A DNA stretch of 62,374 bases, filler included, from Chiloscyllium plagiosum (GCF_004010195.1; 4 parts of one record of this genome joined end to end with filler, not necessarily neighbours in it), one strand, 5' to 3'; positions 1 through 13,534 are shown, counted from the whole stretch's first letter. The notes: generated from the letters alone by a model not told the origin. Program-made: numbers and translations.

Positions 1-199
1 TGTGGGGCTGGAGCTGGGAGTGGGGGCGGGGTTGGGCGTGGGGGCGGGGATGGAGATCGGCCTGGGGGCGTTTTTTTGGAGGCGGGAGAAGGGGTCGTCA
101 GAGGGTGGGCGAGAAGTTCAATATTATCTGATAGAAGTTCAACATTATCTCTCTGCTATAGTCTATGCCCCTTTTAATGGAGTCTTGAATACTATATGC

Positions 200-800
200 T
201 TCATTAAAAGTGGCAGGACGGATAGATTTTTAATGACTTATGCACATGTACACCCTTGTCTCTTTGCTTTTGCTCTTGCTTACAAATTAGAATAATACCA
301 TCTATTTTATAACAGCCCTCCATGTTCTTTGTACCAAAATGTATCAACTTGCACCTCGGCATTCAACGTCTTTGACATCTGTTTGCCCTCTTCAAAACTC
401 ATCAAAATCCTTCTCAGTTTACAATGCCCCCATGTTTTGTATCATCTGCAAACACTGAAATTGTTCCCTGTACAACAAAACCGAGATCACTAATAAATAT
501 TGGGAAGACAAGGATCCCACTATCAACCCCTGGGGAATTCCATTGCAAATCTTCCTCTGAAAAATAACCATGAGCCACTACTGCCTGTTGTATCTATATT
601 GCTACAGGCTCTTTAATCCCATAGCTATAACTTTTCTAACAAGCTTATTGTGTGGCACTGGCTGACATCTCTTGAAAAAGTCCAGCAAGTTAGTTAGATG
701 TGATTTTCCCATAATAATTCCATGCTGGTTTTTCCATATTTTACCATGTGATTATTAATTTAATTATTAATCCAAAATAATTGTTTCTGGAAGCTTTTTT
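200..800 (-). mobile_element. Old degenerate CR1-type LINE RT fragment
   Basis: Reverse-strand similarity to the CR1 RT core seen elsewhere in the window (gtatcatctgcaaac = FADDT; ccctggggaattcc = GIPQG); many lesions. Confidence 0.5.
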
Positions 801-1129
801 CCATTACCAAGGTTAAACTGACTTTTGTTTTGGGAAGACCTGCCATAATAAGAGCTAATCAGGCACTTAACTGTATGGTGATGGTAAGATCAAGAACTCA
901 AGGAGTAGAAGTTCCAGGCTGCAAGACCTGTTTGCCATCAGACAGCGGTAGCTCTTCACTGCTCAGTCGTGTCACTGTTACAATAGTGACTGGTGCCAGT
1001 ACTGCGCCAAGGTAAGAATCTCAAAGATCTGGATCACATGAGCTGGGGTGGGGTAGGGGGCGGGTGCATGGGCTTTGGCAGCAATGTGGCTGTCAACATG
1101 CTCAATTAACAGAGAACAATTAATAATCA

Positions 1130-1360
1130 AACACATTGCCTTGGGTCTGCACTCGCATGTTGGCCAGACTAGGTGAGGATGGCAGATTTCCTTTCCTGAA
1201 CTAGATGAGTTTTATAACAATTGATTATTTTGTTATATGTTCATCATTAGCCTAGCTTTCTTTTATTCCAGTCTTTTTATTGACTTCAAAGTTCACCATC
1301 TGGCAAGGTGGGAATTAAACCCAAGAGCTCAGAACATTAGTCTGGGCTTCAGGAGTACTA
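1130..1360 (-). mobile_element. Old tRNA-head shark SINE copy
   Basis: Shares ccacattgc..tgggtctg..ctcgcatgt..ggatggcag.ttcc with 2935-3275 and with the inverse copy at 6312-6635. Confidence 0.55.
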
Positions 1361-1505
1361 AACAAAATACCTAAAGAACCACAGATATTGAAATCAGAAA
1401 CAAAAAAAACATAAATTATGAGAAAAACTCAGCAGGTCTGGAAGCATCTCTGGAGAGAAATCAGAGTTAGTGTTTCTGACCCAGTGACCCTTCAGAACAG
1501 TTCTA
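1360..1505 (-). mobile_element. Penelope-like terminal-repeat (pLTR) remnant
   Basis: aaaactcagcaggtctgg..gcatct..ggagagaaatcagagtta; related copies near 6155, 46010, 47880 and 54760; hammerhead core decayed. Confidence 0.5.
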
Positions 1506-2009
1506 GAATACTAGCCTAGTGACTTTACCGCTACACCACAGCCTTCCCAGTGACACATGAAAGACTTGTAAAAACTGACAAAAAACATGTTTGTGTTGCA
1601 TTTTCTCCTCCTGTGTGAACTATGGCAAGAAATTTAATAAAATATTGTTGAAATAAATAAAACAGAATCTTGATATTGTGAGAAGGTTTGTGATTTTCCT
1701 CTAAGCTTTAAATGTGAACTTCTGAATCTCACAATTGAGCAGTGACTATCTTATTTCCATGCATTTGCATTTCATGAATAGGCAAACTCATCTTATTTAT
1801 ACACTACTTCCAATTCTCTTCTTCCTCCTGAGAAACTAGATATCACAGATTCCAGATATGAAAATCAGAGATGGCTACAGATTACCAATTGCTTTTCCTT
1901 ATCATTATCCAATTATCTTAACACAATGTCCCTGTATACTCCATGAACACCATCCTCTATGACCCTTTGTCCATGCAAATTAGGCATCAGCAAACCATCT
2001 GTTTAATGA

Positions 2010-2690
2010 CAGGAAGTGAGTTACTTGCTGCAGTATTCCTTGCCTCTAACCTGCCCTTGTAGCCATTGTATTTATACGGTGAATCCAGTTGAGTTTCTGG
2101 TCAATGGTAACCCCAAGGATGTCGATAGTGGGGGATTCAGTGATGGTAACACAACTGAATACCAATGGGTGTTACCATGCGATGGGTAGATTGCTTCTTA
2201 TTGGAGATGGTCATTGTCTGATATTTTTGTGGCATGAATGTTATTTGCCACTTGTCAGTTGATGCCTTGATATTGTGCAGGTCTTGTTGCATTTGCAAAT
2301 GGACTGCTTCAGTATCTAAGGAGTTGGGAATGGTGCTAAACGTTGAACAACCGTAAGTGCATATTCCCACTTCTGACTTTGAGAGAGGAAAGGTCATTGA
2401 TGAAGCAGCTGAAGATGGTTGGGCCTAGGGCACTACCGTGAAGAATTCCTACAGACATGTGGAGTTGACTTACCTACAATAACCACAAACATCTTCCTAT
2501 GTGCTGGGTATGATTCCAACCAGCAGAGGGATTGTCCTCGGATTCCCATTGATTTGAGTTTTGTTGGGGCTCCCTTATGTTACACTTGGTCAAATCCAAC
2601 CTTGATGTCAAAGTCTGTCACACTCCCCTCACTTATGGAATTCAGCTCCTTTGTCCATGTTTGAACCAAGACTCTAACGAGGTCAGGATC
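2010..2690 (-). mobile_element. Old non-LTR retrotransposon (CR1/L2 group) RT fragment
   Basis: ORF 2137-2397 MQQDLHNIKASTDKWQITF matches the post-YADD region of CR1/L2-type RTs. Confidence 0.7.
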
Positions 2691-2934
2691 ATTACCTTAC
2701 TTCTCATGTCAGTTAAGCAAATGTATTTTGACGCAGGTCCTTAAAGGCATCATCTGAGTTCTCCATTTCAAAAACACATTCCATCACTAGCACTGGAAGA
2801 CAAGGCTTTGAAGCTGCCACATTTGCCCACTGAACATGCAAGGATATGGCCTGTGATATTCAAGCGAGCTTGGCTTACTGGCAAAATTGTACCCGACCAA
2901 CATAGCACAAATCTTTGGTTATAGATCTGGAAAA

Positions 2935-3275
2935 GGATTTTATTAAATTCATTCACAAGATGAGGGCATCATTGGCTAGGTCACCATTTATTGCCCATCT
3001 CTAATTGCCCAGGGTGCAGTTAAGAGTCCACCACATTGCTGTGGACCTGGACTCGCATGTAGTCCAAACGAGGTAGGGATGGCAGTTTCCTTCCCTAAAG
3101 GAACTAGATAGGTTTTATTCAACAATTGAGAATGTCATCTTAGACTCTTAATTCCAGACTTTTATCAAATTCAAATTTCAGCATCTTCCATGATGGGATT
3201 TTAATCTAGGTCCCCAGAGCATTACGTGGCTCTCTGGGTTAAAAGCGAAACAATAATATCACTAGGCCATTGCCC
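2935..3275 (-). mobile_element. Old tRNA-head shark SINE copy
   Basis: Same family as 1130-1360 and 6312-6635. Confidence 0.6.
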
Positions 3276-3279
3276 TGCC

Positions 3280-4700
3280 TTAGAGCATCCTATGCACGCA
3301 TGAAATTGGCATGCTTAGGAAACTTCCATGCCACACTCCTCAGTCTCAGATTCTCCCTCTCAACGCTCAAAAAAAAAGACATTGTAGTAGACAGCTCATA
3401 AAATAAGCGGCATTTGATTTTCAAGTTGCAAAGCTCTCCTGGTCTTTTCAGTTGTAGCAATCCAAATTCTATTTTAGTTTACATTTCCGAAAAAAAGAAA
3501 ATGTGTGGTCTCTTTCAAAAAAAGACAGCTATTACAGCTTCACCAGCAAGAACTACAGCCTCCAGAAACAGAAATAGCACACGAGTATCTACCAAAGAGG
3601 CAGATAATAGTGAGACCACAGAAGAATGGCTTTCTCCGGAATTTTCTTCAACTCTCTGAATGATATTCAGTTATTGATTAAGGATTACCCCAGCCATCAT
3701 TACCAAGCTATACCCATCTGTCAGAGGAGGACTTGTGTTCAGAAGTGGTTAACCTATTGCTGGTTCTGGGAGAAGAGTGAGTGCTGATGTTGCACCATTC
3801 AATCAGGTACCCACTGGTACCCTACCACAAAGCATGCCAATTCTACCCTATCTGCCAGTCTGTTGAAAAAGTCAGCAATCGTACAGTGCAGCTTTGGACT
3901 GACAATCATCCTGGCGTACAATGAGCTTCGAAAGGTGATAAAATACAAGGGATGCTGGGAAACTCCGAAATATCTGCTGAATGGTGAGTTATTCTAGGAA
4001 TGGTGTATGGTAAGATGGGGCAGCATTTGGAAGTGAGAAGCACCACGGGTGGGTTTGGTTAAATACAGCAAGAGAACCCGCTAGGCCTCATGGTGAGATA
4101 CCCTCCAATAAACCTGATGCAACTTGGACTTTGCCAAAAACAATAAGATTCAGCCCAACATTTTAAATCTGATATTACTGTCTTGAGAACTATAGCCTGT
4201 TGTGGCGATCAGTTAGATAAAGGGCTGCCCTCTTCCAACATTTCTCATAATATTTTTTGAGCTGTGTGGCCTTCTGAGGTCCATGCACAGTGACTTCTGG
4301 CAGCAGAAATCAATATATCATTGTGCCAATTGTGCAGAACTACTGAGCAGCTTTGTAGCTATGAAGCTTAGACAAAATGCTGCTCTCCTGTCTGCCATCT
4401 TGCCCACCGGCTCCTCAGGTCCCTGCGTATGAAACCGGGTGAGAGGTCTCATTTCTGCATCATATATTTGGTAATAATGATGGAATACTAGAATCAGAAA
4501 TAATTCGTTACTTGCAATGTCTGATTTTCAATATGGCACCAGAATATCATGGCACCTTTGCCTCTCCTTCTGCGCAATTCCATGAGAATGGCCCCAAAAA
4601 CGTGAGCATAATTAACAAAGTGAAGAATTGTGAGCCATGACAGGCTGGGTGCCATGAATCTCAGTTGACCAAACGCTATAACTGCAATTCAGAAAATTCT
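3280..4700. mobile_element. Possible ancient PIF/Harbinger-like DNA transposon remnant
   Basis: Minus strand about 4400-4140 gives frameshifted pieces (MADRRA...KCWKRAA...KTVI..KCW) resembling Harbinger Myb/SANT proteins; weak and by eye only. Confidence 0.25.
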
Positions 4701-4995
4701 GTCTTTGTTTTCATTTTGATTTAGTAGCTATCTAAGAACAGTCATGATATAACAATCTGAAGCTCCAAACAATAGGCCAATTTCAAATTTCAAACCTAAT
4801 AATTAGCTTTAATGCTCACAAGGTTAGTAAAGTACTGAAAATAGAACAAAGAACCTTGAAATGTGATACAGGTATTTATAAATTACAATGGCACTTAAGC
4901 TTATTTGCATGCAATTTTTATGATCATGTGAAATAGTATTCTACCTTGAAGATTGGTCATTCCTGCACGTTTGCAGAATGAATGTCACAAAATAT

Positions 4996-5310
4996 TTGTG
5001 GCAGCACAGTGGTTAGCACTGCTGCCTCACAGTGCCAAAGACCCGGGTTCAATTCCCGCCTTGGGCAACTGTCTGTGTGGAGTTTGCACATTCTCCCTAT
5101 GTCTGTGTGGGTTTCCTCCAGGTGCTCTGGTTTCCTCCCACAGTCCAAAGATGTGCAGGTTAGGTTAATTGACCATGTTAAATTGCCCGTAGTATTAGGT
5201 GAAGGGGTAAATGTAGGGGAATGGGTCTGGGTGGGTTGCTCTTTCGGAGGGTCGGTGTGGACTTGTTGGGCCGAAGGGCCTGTTCCCACACTAAGTAATC
5301 TAATCTAAAA
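4996..5310 (+). mobile_element. HE1-type SINE
   Basis: tRNA-like head (cacagtggttagcactgctgcctcacag, B-box ggttcaattcc), V-SINE-like body, CR1-like tail gggccgaagggcctgtt ending in (TCTAA)n. Confidence 0.9.
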
Positions 5311-5835
5311 TTTCCAGTAGTTCCTCTTCTAATTTGTACTGCTGCATTTGTATTTATTTTGGACCCTGAGCTGCTGACATGTTTTCTTAGCTGCAAACTT
5401 AAATTGCTATGTTTAAGACATTATAAAAATTCAAGCTATTGCTGTTTACAGACTCAATGAAACAGATTTGTCAGTACTTTGTTGCTTCCTAGCTGTGCTA
5501 ATGATCAGCATTAGACTTAACTCATCAGGAATGATTTTAACTGATCTGAATGGGTACTAAGGAAGTGGTAATACCTCAATGCCAATGAATCACTTTTAGA
5601 AGAGCAACAGCTGAGTAGCTATAGTACCTAACCATTTCAAATATTGATCACCAGGTTTTGGGAAACTATGAAATATGTTGGATGTTAATTAGTATTTTGG
5701 GATATAACTGGTTGGAGTGCTGACACATCATAGAGACCCTGTAAAATTGTTTTAAATTATTTTTGTTGAGGGTGGAAATGCAGAAATTTTCCACTGGGTG
5801 TTGCAGAAATAATCGGGACCGGTGCTTTCTCAGCC

Positions 5836-6068
5836 TGAAATAACTTCACAGAGGTCGGTATCCCGTCACCAAGTCACCCTTTATTTACACCTGCACAGTA
5901 TATGGTCTCTGGCCAGCTAGATCAGAGCCAGTCCCTAGAGTGAGGAGGGTCTTGGAGATTCCTGTTAGTATTTGTCAGCCAGGGCTCCTTGAATAGCCCA
6001 GATTAAAAACCCCAATCAGGGATCTCATACTCAATGAGATCCACGTTGCTGACATTTTAATTACTACA
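5836..6068 (-). mobile_element. Short LTR (about 233 bp) with adjacent polypurine-tract-like sequence
   Basis: Minus strand reads TGTAGTAAT...AATAAA...GTTATTTCA (TG..CA ends) and is preceded by purine-rich agggtgtggaggaa. Confidence 0.55.
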
Positions 6069-6311
6069 TTCCTCCACACCCTAATCTTCCATAGGCAATT
6101 ATATTTATTTTATCTTCCATCACTACAATCAAATACCACAATATTTGAACAAAAGCAAAATAGTGCAGATGTTTGAGATTTGAAATAAAAACAGTGCAGA
6201 AGAAATTCAGCAGGTCTGGCAAAATTGATGGACAGAGGCACAGAATGAATACTTCAAGTCCAATATATTGCAATATTTTAATTTGTAATTTAGATTTCAT
6301 ACAAAGGTGAA

Positions 6312-6635
6312 ATGGTGTTGTAGCGATAATGTCACTAGACCAACAATCCACCAGCTTCTGGAAACATGGGTTCAAACCTCGCCATGGCAGTTGGTTAAAA
6401 TTTAAATTCACTAAATAAGTTTTGAATAAAAGGCTAGTCCCAGTCATGGTGACCAATGTCTCAAAATCTATCTGGATCACGAATGTCCGTTATGGAATGA
6501 AATCTGCCATTCTTACTTGGTTTGGTCTGACTCCAGACCAATAGCAACTTGGGTGACTCTAAACAGCTCTCTGAAATGCAATGCAAGCTACTTAATGCAA
6601 AGGTGAATTAAACATAAGTAACAAATGCTGGCCAT
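6312..6635 (+). mobile_element. Old tRNA-head shark SINE copy
   Basis: Head with B-box-like gggttcaaacc; reverse complement of the family at 1130 and 2935. Confidence 0.55.
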
Positions 6636-6639
6636 GCAG

Positions 6640-7600
6640 TTTTCTTTAACTGACTTATGAGATATGGCTAGCAACATAAATTGCCTGCCCCTAGTTACCC
6701 TTGAGAAAGTGGTGGTGAGCCACCAACCTTCAACAATTACAGTTCACAATACCACTAGGGAGGGAATTCCATGAATGTGACCCAGTGACAGTGAAAGAAT
6801 GGTGATATATTTCCAAGTCAGAATGCTGAATGGTTTGGAAGGGAATCATGTAACAACTTGGGTTTCAGAGAGTTTCAAATCAGTTTGTTGAGGGAGAGGG
6901 TTTGATTGCTATCACCTAACATCTATTGCCTAACACTAGTTGCCCTCGAGAAAGTGGTGGTAAGCTGCCTGCTGCAGTCTATGTTCTGTAGGAGTACCCA
7001 CAATGCCATTAGGAAGAGGTTCCAGGACTTTGACCCAGCGACACCGAAGAATTTAAAGTGGCTTGGAGGAGAATTGCAGCTAGTGCTGCTCTCCAGTATC
7101 TGCTGCCCTTGTCCTTCTAGATGGAAAAGGTTGTGGGTTTGGAAGATGCTGTCTAAATGTGATGGATTAGGACTCTGTTGCTGTTGATCAGTAGTGGTGC
7201 TGCTGAGCCACTCTTTGTGATGGACATTCAAATTCCCCACCCAGAGTACATTCTGCACCCTTGCTATCCTGATTGTTTCCTCCAAGTGTTGCTCAATATG
7301 GAAGAGTGCAGAGTCATTAGTGGAGGGAACATAGAAGGTGGTAACCAGCAGGATTTTTTTTTGTCCATGTTTGACCTGATGCCATGAGACTTCATAGGCG
7401 TCAGAGATAAACATTGAGAATTCTCAGGGCATCTCCCTCCCAACTGTATATAACTATGATGCCACCGATGCTGGGCCTGTCCAGGACATATCCATGGATA
7501 TTGATTGTGCTGTCTGGGACATTTTTTGTAAATTCCGTGAGTATGACTATTATTTGCCAAGTTTATGAGACATTCCCTCAATTTGGCATGACCTGCACCC
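6640..7600 (-). mobile_element. Old LINE fragments (3' ends plus AP-endonuclease piece)
   Basis: ORF 6923-7414 ILLVTTFYVPS...LWVGNLNVHHKEWL carries degenerate APE motifs (YRPP, GDFN.HH..W). Confidence 0.7.
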
Positions 7601-9580
7601 ACCCACCCACCGACTAATATAAGTGTGTTCTCATGAAAGAAAAATGAAAATAAAAGTATTTTGTGTTCTGGGGCTGCTTCAAAGGAAACCTTATCCAACA
7701 GTCCCTTTTTGCATGGCCAGTTAATTGACATGATTTGCATATTGTGTCATCATGAAGTCTCCAGTGGTATATGTAATAGCAAAAGCAAGCAAACAATTGT
7801 ATTTCTTTTCAGTCAGGCAAACATTTAACATGGAAATATTTTGCTTAAGTTTTTCAATCAGGCATTGAGAAATTCATAGTTTTACAATTTTCACAATTCT
7901 CACTAATCCCTACCAGCCTTGTACACTCTGCATCAAGTATAACTGCATCTTTTTGCTGTATTTTTAACCTTTAGCTAGTTAGATGAATAAATTATCTGTG
8001 TAATTTTAAGACAGTGGTTTAGATCTTTGCAGCGAGTGACAGCCTCTGTCATTTCTTATTTTCACAAAGCAGTTATTCTAAGTTCTAAGCTTTACACATG
8101 TACGGTTCCCAGAGGAAGCTGACCACTTAAAAATGTGTTACCTCCACTTAAATCAGATTTTGCTGCCCTGCTGTCTGAAACCTAGAGTGTGCAGGTCAGA
8201 GGAGGTCTATTTCAGTGAATTTATTTTGAGTATACAAAGTACTCCTTTGGAAAGGTGAGGTATCCCAATTGACATAGTCCCAGTACACCTTGTGTGTGGA
8301 TGGTTATGTGCCTTTGGAGGAGAGGAGAGAATCAGGCAATATTGGTGGGAATGAGCCAGGTGGAGGGAGGTTAGTTATCAGTTTATTTTATATTTGCATG
8401 TCTGCTGAGGTTTGCATATGATGGATACGAAGTAAATTGGCAGGCAGCTGGAAGGGTAATGGGTATTATTTTGTGTGAGTTGGCTATGAATTGTCAGAGG
8501 GACTATAGAGGGCAAAAGGGATGGTTAGAGAGGCATGGAGGGTATGAGGAAGCATTGGTTGGCATAGATGGAGCATGGAGAGTCTATTAGATGGGAGGCA
8601 TGGTTTTTGGATTCATTTTTTTTTACAATCAAACTGCTGTACAGTGGCAGATCTTGCACTCAGTCCACATCCGTGGCCAAAAGTCTCTGCTCTGCACTGG
8701 GGTCACCCATCCTGCTTCCAAGGGAATCTCACTCAAAAATGAAAATCCAAATTTCCAGGCCAGTTAGGCCTGGTTTAGATTTATGAGGCAGGGAAATATC
8801 CAGTCTCTGCACTCCCAATTGAAAACCAGGGCCAATTCATTTTCACCAATCATTAATATCTGACAGTATTAACATCCGAACACATGCGTGTAAAGAAATA
8901 GGAGCAGTAAGTAGTAGGCCATTCAGTCTTTTGAATCTGCTCTGCCATTCAATGTGATCATGGCTGATCATCCAACTCAGTATCTTGATCCTGCTTTCAC
9001 CCCAAACCATTTGACCCCTTTAGCCCTAAGAATTATACATAAATGTTCCTTGAAAACATTCCATATTTTAGCCTCAATTGTTTTCTGTGGCAGAGAATTC
9101 CACAAGGGTGAAGAAATCTCTCTGCATCTCAGTCCTAAGGAAATACGGACCAAGACTGAAAGGCGATTATATAGTTGATTTCTCCAGGTGTCAATATTTG
9201 GATCGCTGCTCTTTTAAATATACAATTATAATGAGAATTTGAACACACAGGGCATAATTTAAACAATGGCAGACTATACGAATGTTGGAAATATAGACAG
9301 ACTAGGTCAAGAGTGTTAAAATGAGTAGCACATTTTACATATGGAAACTTGAACTGGTAATGACAGATGAGGCTATGAAATATAAACTAAATGGTATAAT
9401 TTTAAAGAAGATGTCTATTCCTGCTCCTGATTAATATGTTTAGATGATGCAATAACAAATAAACCTGAGGGTATGTCTAAACCAATCTTTGAAGGTGTCA
9501 GGATAATGAAATGTGCACTCTAGGAATATTGGAAAAGTGTAGGACATTCAGCCCCTCAAGCCTGTTCTACCACTCATTAG

Positions 9581-10429
9581 GAGAAAGTGAGGACTGCAGA
9601 TGCTGGAGATCAGAGCTGAAAATTTGTTGCTGGAAAAGCGCAGCAGGTCAGGCAGCATCCAAGGAGCAGGAGAATCGACGTTTCGGGTATGAGCCCTTCA
9701 GGAAGGGCAGATGTGATGGATTAGGACTCTGTTGCTGTTGATCAGTAGTGGTGCTGCTGAGCCACTCTTTGTGGTGGACATTCAAATTCCCCACCCAGAG
9801 TACATTCTGCTCCCTTGCTACCCTGATTGTTTCCTCCAAGTGTTGCTTAATATGGAAGAGTGCAGAGTCATCAGTGGAGGGAACATAGAAGGTGGTAACC
9901 AGCAGGATTTTTTTTTGTCCATGTTTGACCTGATGCTATGAGACTTCATAGGCGTCAGAGACAAACATTGAGAATTCTCAGGGCATCTCCCTCCCAACTG
10001 TATGATGCCACCGATGCTGGGCCTGTCCAGGACATACCCTGGATATTGATTGTGCTGTCTGGGACATTTTTTGTAAATTCTGTGAGTATGACTATTATTT
10101 GACCAGTTTATGAGACATTCCTTCAATTTGGCACGACCTCCACCCACCCACCCACTAATATAAGTGTGTTCTCATGAAAGAAAAATGAAAAAAAAGTGTT
10201 TTGTGTTCTAGGGCTGTTTCAGACACTGGGAGAATGTGCAAACTCCATACAGTTGCCCGATGCTGAAATCAAACCCTGGTGCTGTGAGGTAGCAATGCTA
10301 ACCACTGAGACGCCATGAGAAAAAACTAGCTTAGAATATAAAGACAAAAGTTTCTCCTGAAGAAGGGCTCATGCCCGAAACGTCGATTCTCCTGCTCCTG
10401 CTGCGCTTTTCCAGCAACACATTTTCAGC
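9581..10429. mobile_element. Fold-back Penelope insertion carrying two captured local genomic segments
   Basis: Inverted pLTR arms at about 9581-9705 and 10355-10429; TSD tctaccactca(t/a)tag at 9566-9580 and 10430-10444; interior copies 7157-7681 and 11759-11898. Confidence 0.85.
10357..10384 (+). ncRNA. Minimal hammerhead ribozyme motif (PLE-associated)
   Basis: CUGAAGA-A-GGGC(UCAU)GCCC-GAAA-C-GUC. Confidence 0.7.
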
Positions 10430-10794
10430 TCTACCACTCAATAGATCTTGGGTGATTTGTTCCTTAAATCTATCTACGCAGCTTGGTTTTGTAATCCTTT
10501 AAGCGGTTGCCTAATAAAAATTTACCAACTATCAGTTCTAATATTTTTACCTGATATCCCCTCTCCCAATTTCAATGTATTTTGGGCCAAGATTTCCAGA
10601 CTCTCTCAGAAAAGTTATTTCCTTATTTCACTTTCTTGTTCTTGACCACTCTTCCAGAGGAGAGAGATTCCTTACATCTTGATAACTACTTCAAATATCT
10701 TAAACCCTTCAATTAACTACTCACTGCGGTGAATTTGGTCCTTAAACTGATTCTATTTTCATAGGTTTGAATTTTCATCTTATTGAGGTGATCC

Positions 10795-13525
10795 ATTTGA
10801 GTGGAAATTAGAAATTCTAATAAGAAAAAGTCACTGATAGGTGTAGGCTATCGGCCACCAAATAATATCACATTGGGTTGGGAAATAAGCAAAGAAATAA
10901 CTAATGCCTGTAAAAATGGTACGGCAATTATCATGGGGGATTTTAATTTACATGTTGATTGGTTGAATCAGGTCAATCTGGGCAGCCTTAAGGAGGAGTT
11001 CATTGAATGTATCAGCAATAGTTTCCTTGAATAGTATGGAATGGAATCTATGAGGGAGCAAGCTATCCTAGATCTGGTCCTGTGTAATGAGACAGGAATA
11101 ATTAATGATGTCATAAATAGGGATCTTCTTGGAAGGAGCAATCACAGTATGGTTGAATTTAGAATACAGATGGAGAGTGTGAAGATAAAATCCAATACCA
11201 GGGTTCTGTGCTGAAACCAGGGAGACTCTAATAGGATGGGGGAGAAGTTGGCGAAAGTAGACTGGAAGCAAAGATTTTATGGTGGGATAGTTGACGAACA
11301 GAGGAGGACTTTCAAAGCAATTTTTCAAAGTACTGAGCAAAAATATATATGACTGAAAAGGAAGGACTGTAGGAAAAGGGGTGTAAGGAAATTGATGTAT
11401 AAGGAAATAAGGGAGGCTATCAAATTGAAAGAGAAGACATACAAAGTCGCCAAGATCAGCAGGAAACTAGAAGATTAGGAAAGTTTTAGAGGTCAACAGA
11501 AAGCCACAAAAAGAGCAATAAAGGAAAGTAACAAATCCCTTTGGTGTAGAAACAGTCCGTTTGGCCCAACAAGTCCACCCTCTGAAAAGTAATTCACCCA
11601 GACTTATTCCCCTCCCCTATTACTCTATATTTCCTGTGACTAATGCACCTAACCTACACATCCCTGAACACTATGGGCAATCTTAGTGTGGCCAATTCAC
11701 CTAAGCTGCACATGTTTAGACTGTGGGAGGCAACCAGAGCACCCAGAGGAAACCCACGCAGACACTGGGAGAATGTGCAAACTCTACACAGTCGCCCGAT
11801 GCTGGAATCACAGGTCCCTGGTGCTGTGAGGCAGCAATGCTAACCACTGAGACACCATGAGAAAAAATTAGCTTAGAATATAAAGACAAAAGTTTCTCTA
11901 AATATATGTAAAACAAAAAAAAGAGTGGCTAAAGTAAACATTGGCCCTTTAGATGATGAGAAGGGGGATTTAGCAATAAGATATAAAGAAATGGCCGAGG
12001 CATTGAATAGGTATTTTGTGTCAGTCTTCACAGTGGAGGCAATGGATAATACACCAGTAATAGACAAAGAGATGAAGATAGGTGAAGACCTGGAAACAAT
12101 CATTATCAGAAAAGAGTTAGTATTGGGCAAGCTAATGGAGCTAAGGGTAGACAATCTCCTGGCCCCAGTGGAATGCTAAAAGAGTTGGTGGGAGAAATAG
12201 CAAATGCACTTGTGGTAACTTTCCAAAATTCACTGAACTCTGGGGCAGTTTCAGCAGATTGGAAAACAGCAAATGTGATGTGGGAATCATAGACCAGTTA
12301 GCTTAACTTCTGTAGTGGGGAAAACGCTTGAGATTTTTATCAAGGAAGAAATAGCAAGACATCCAGATAGAAATTGTCCCATTGGGTAGATACAGTGTGG
12401 GTTCATGAGAGCAGGTCATACTTAACTAACCTTTTGGAATTCTATTAAGACATTGCGAATCCGGTGGACAATGGGGACCAAGTAGATGTGGCGTATCTAC
12501 ATTTCCAAAAGGCATCTGACAAGGTGTTGCACAAAAGGCTACTGCATAAGATAAAGATGCAAGGTGTTATGGGCAACGTATTGGCATGAATAGAGACTTG
12601 TTTAACCAACAGGAAGCAAAGGCCAGGAATAAACGAGTGTTATTCTGGTTGGCAATCAGTGATTAGTGGTGTGCTTCAGGGATCAGTGTTGGGACCGCAA
12701 TTATTCACAATTTGCATAGCTGATTTGGCATTGGGGACCACATGTAGTGTGTCAAAGTTTGTGGATGATATAAGATGAGTGGTAGAGGAAAGGGTGTAGA
12801 GGACTGTGAAACTTTGCAAAGGGACATAGTTTAAGTGAGTGGGCAAAGGTCTGGCAGAAAATACAATGTTAATAAATGTGAAGTCATCCATTTTCATAGG
12901 AATAACAGTAAAAAGGACTATTACTTGAATGGTGAGAAATTGCAGCACACTGCTGTGCAAAGAGACTTCGGAGTCCTTGTGCATGAATCACAGAAGGTTG
13001 ATCTGCAGATACAACAGATAATTAAGAAGGCAAACAGAATTTTGTCCATCATTGCTAAAGGGATTGAGTTTAAAAGCAGAGAGGTTATGTTGCAGCTGTA
13101 TAGGATGTTGGGGAGGCCAGAACCGGAGTACTGCATGCAGTTTTGGTCTCCTTAATTAAGAAAGGATGTACTGGCACGAGAAGGGTTGCAGAGGAGGTTT
13201 ACTAGGTTGATTCCAAAGTTGAGGGAGTTGGTATATAAGGAGAGACTGAGTAGACTGGGATTATATTCATTGAAATTTAGAAAAATGAGGGGTGGGGATC
13301 TTACAGAAAAATATAAAATTATGAAGGGAATAGATAAGGTAGGCGTAGAGAGCATATTTCCACTGATGGGTGAAACTAAGACAGGAAGGCACATCTCAAA
13401 ATTAGAGGGAGCAGATTTAGGACTGAATTGAGAATGAACTTCACCCAGAGGGTTGTGAATCTATGGAATTCCCTGCTGAGTGAAATGGTTGAGACATTCT
13501 CAGTAAATGTTTTTAAAGCTAAGAA
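10795..13525 (+). mobile_element. CR1 LINE ORF2 (APE+RT), degenerate
   Basis: IGVGYRPPN, IIMGDFN, GV.QGSVLGP, KCEVIHF, EYCMQFWSP motifs with stops and frameshifts. Confidence 0.92.
11535..11858 (-). mobile_element. HE1-type SINE nested in CR1
   Basis: Reverse complement of the SINE at 4996-5310. Confidence 0.88.
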
Positions 13526-13534
13526 AAAATTATG

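Noticed and set aside
2..295. Gly-rich ORF and G-rich tract at the window start
   Set aside because: Low-complexity G runs at a contig edge; no coding evidence
4953..5308. Recurrent small ORFs (MAQWLALLPH..., ..CGRKPEHLEETH..)
   Set aside because: Chance frames across HE1 SINE copies
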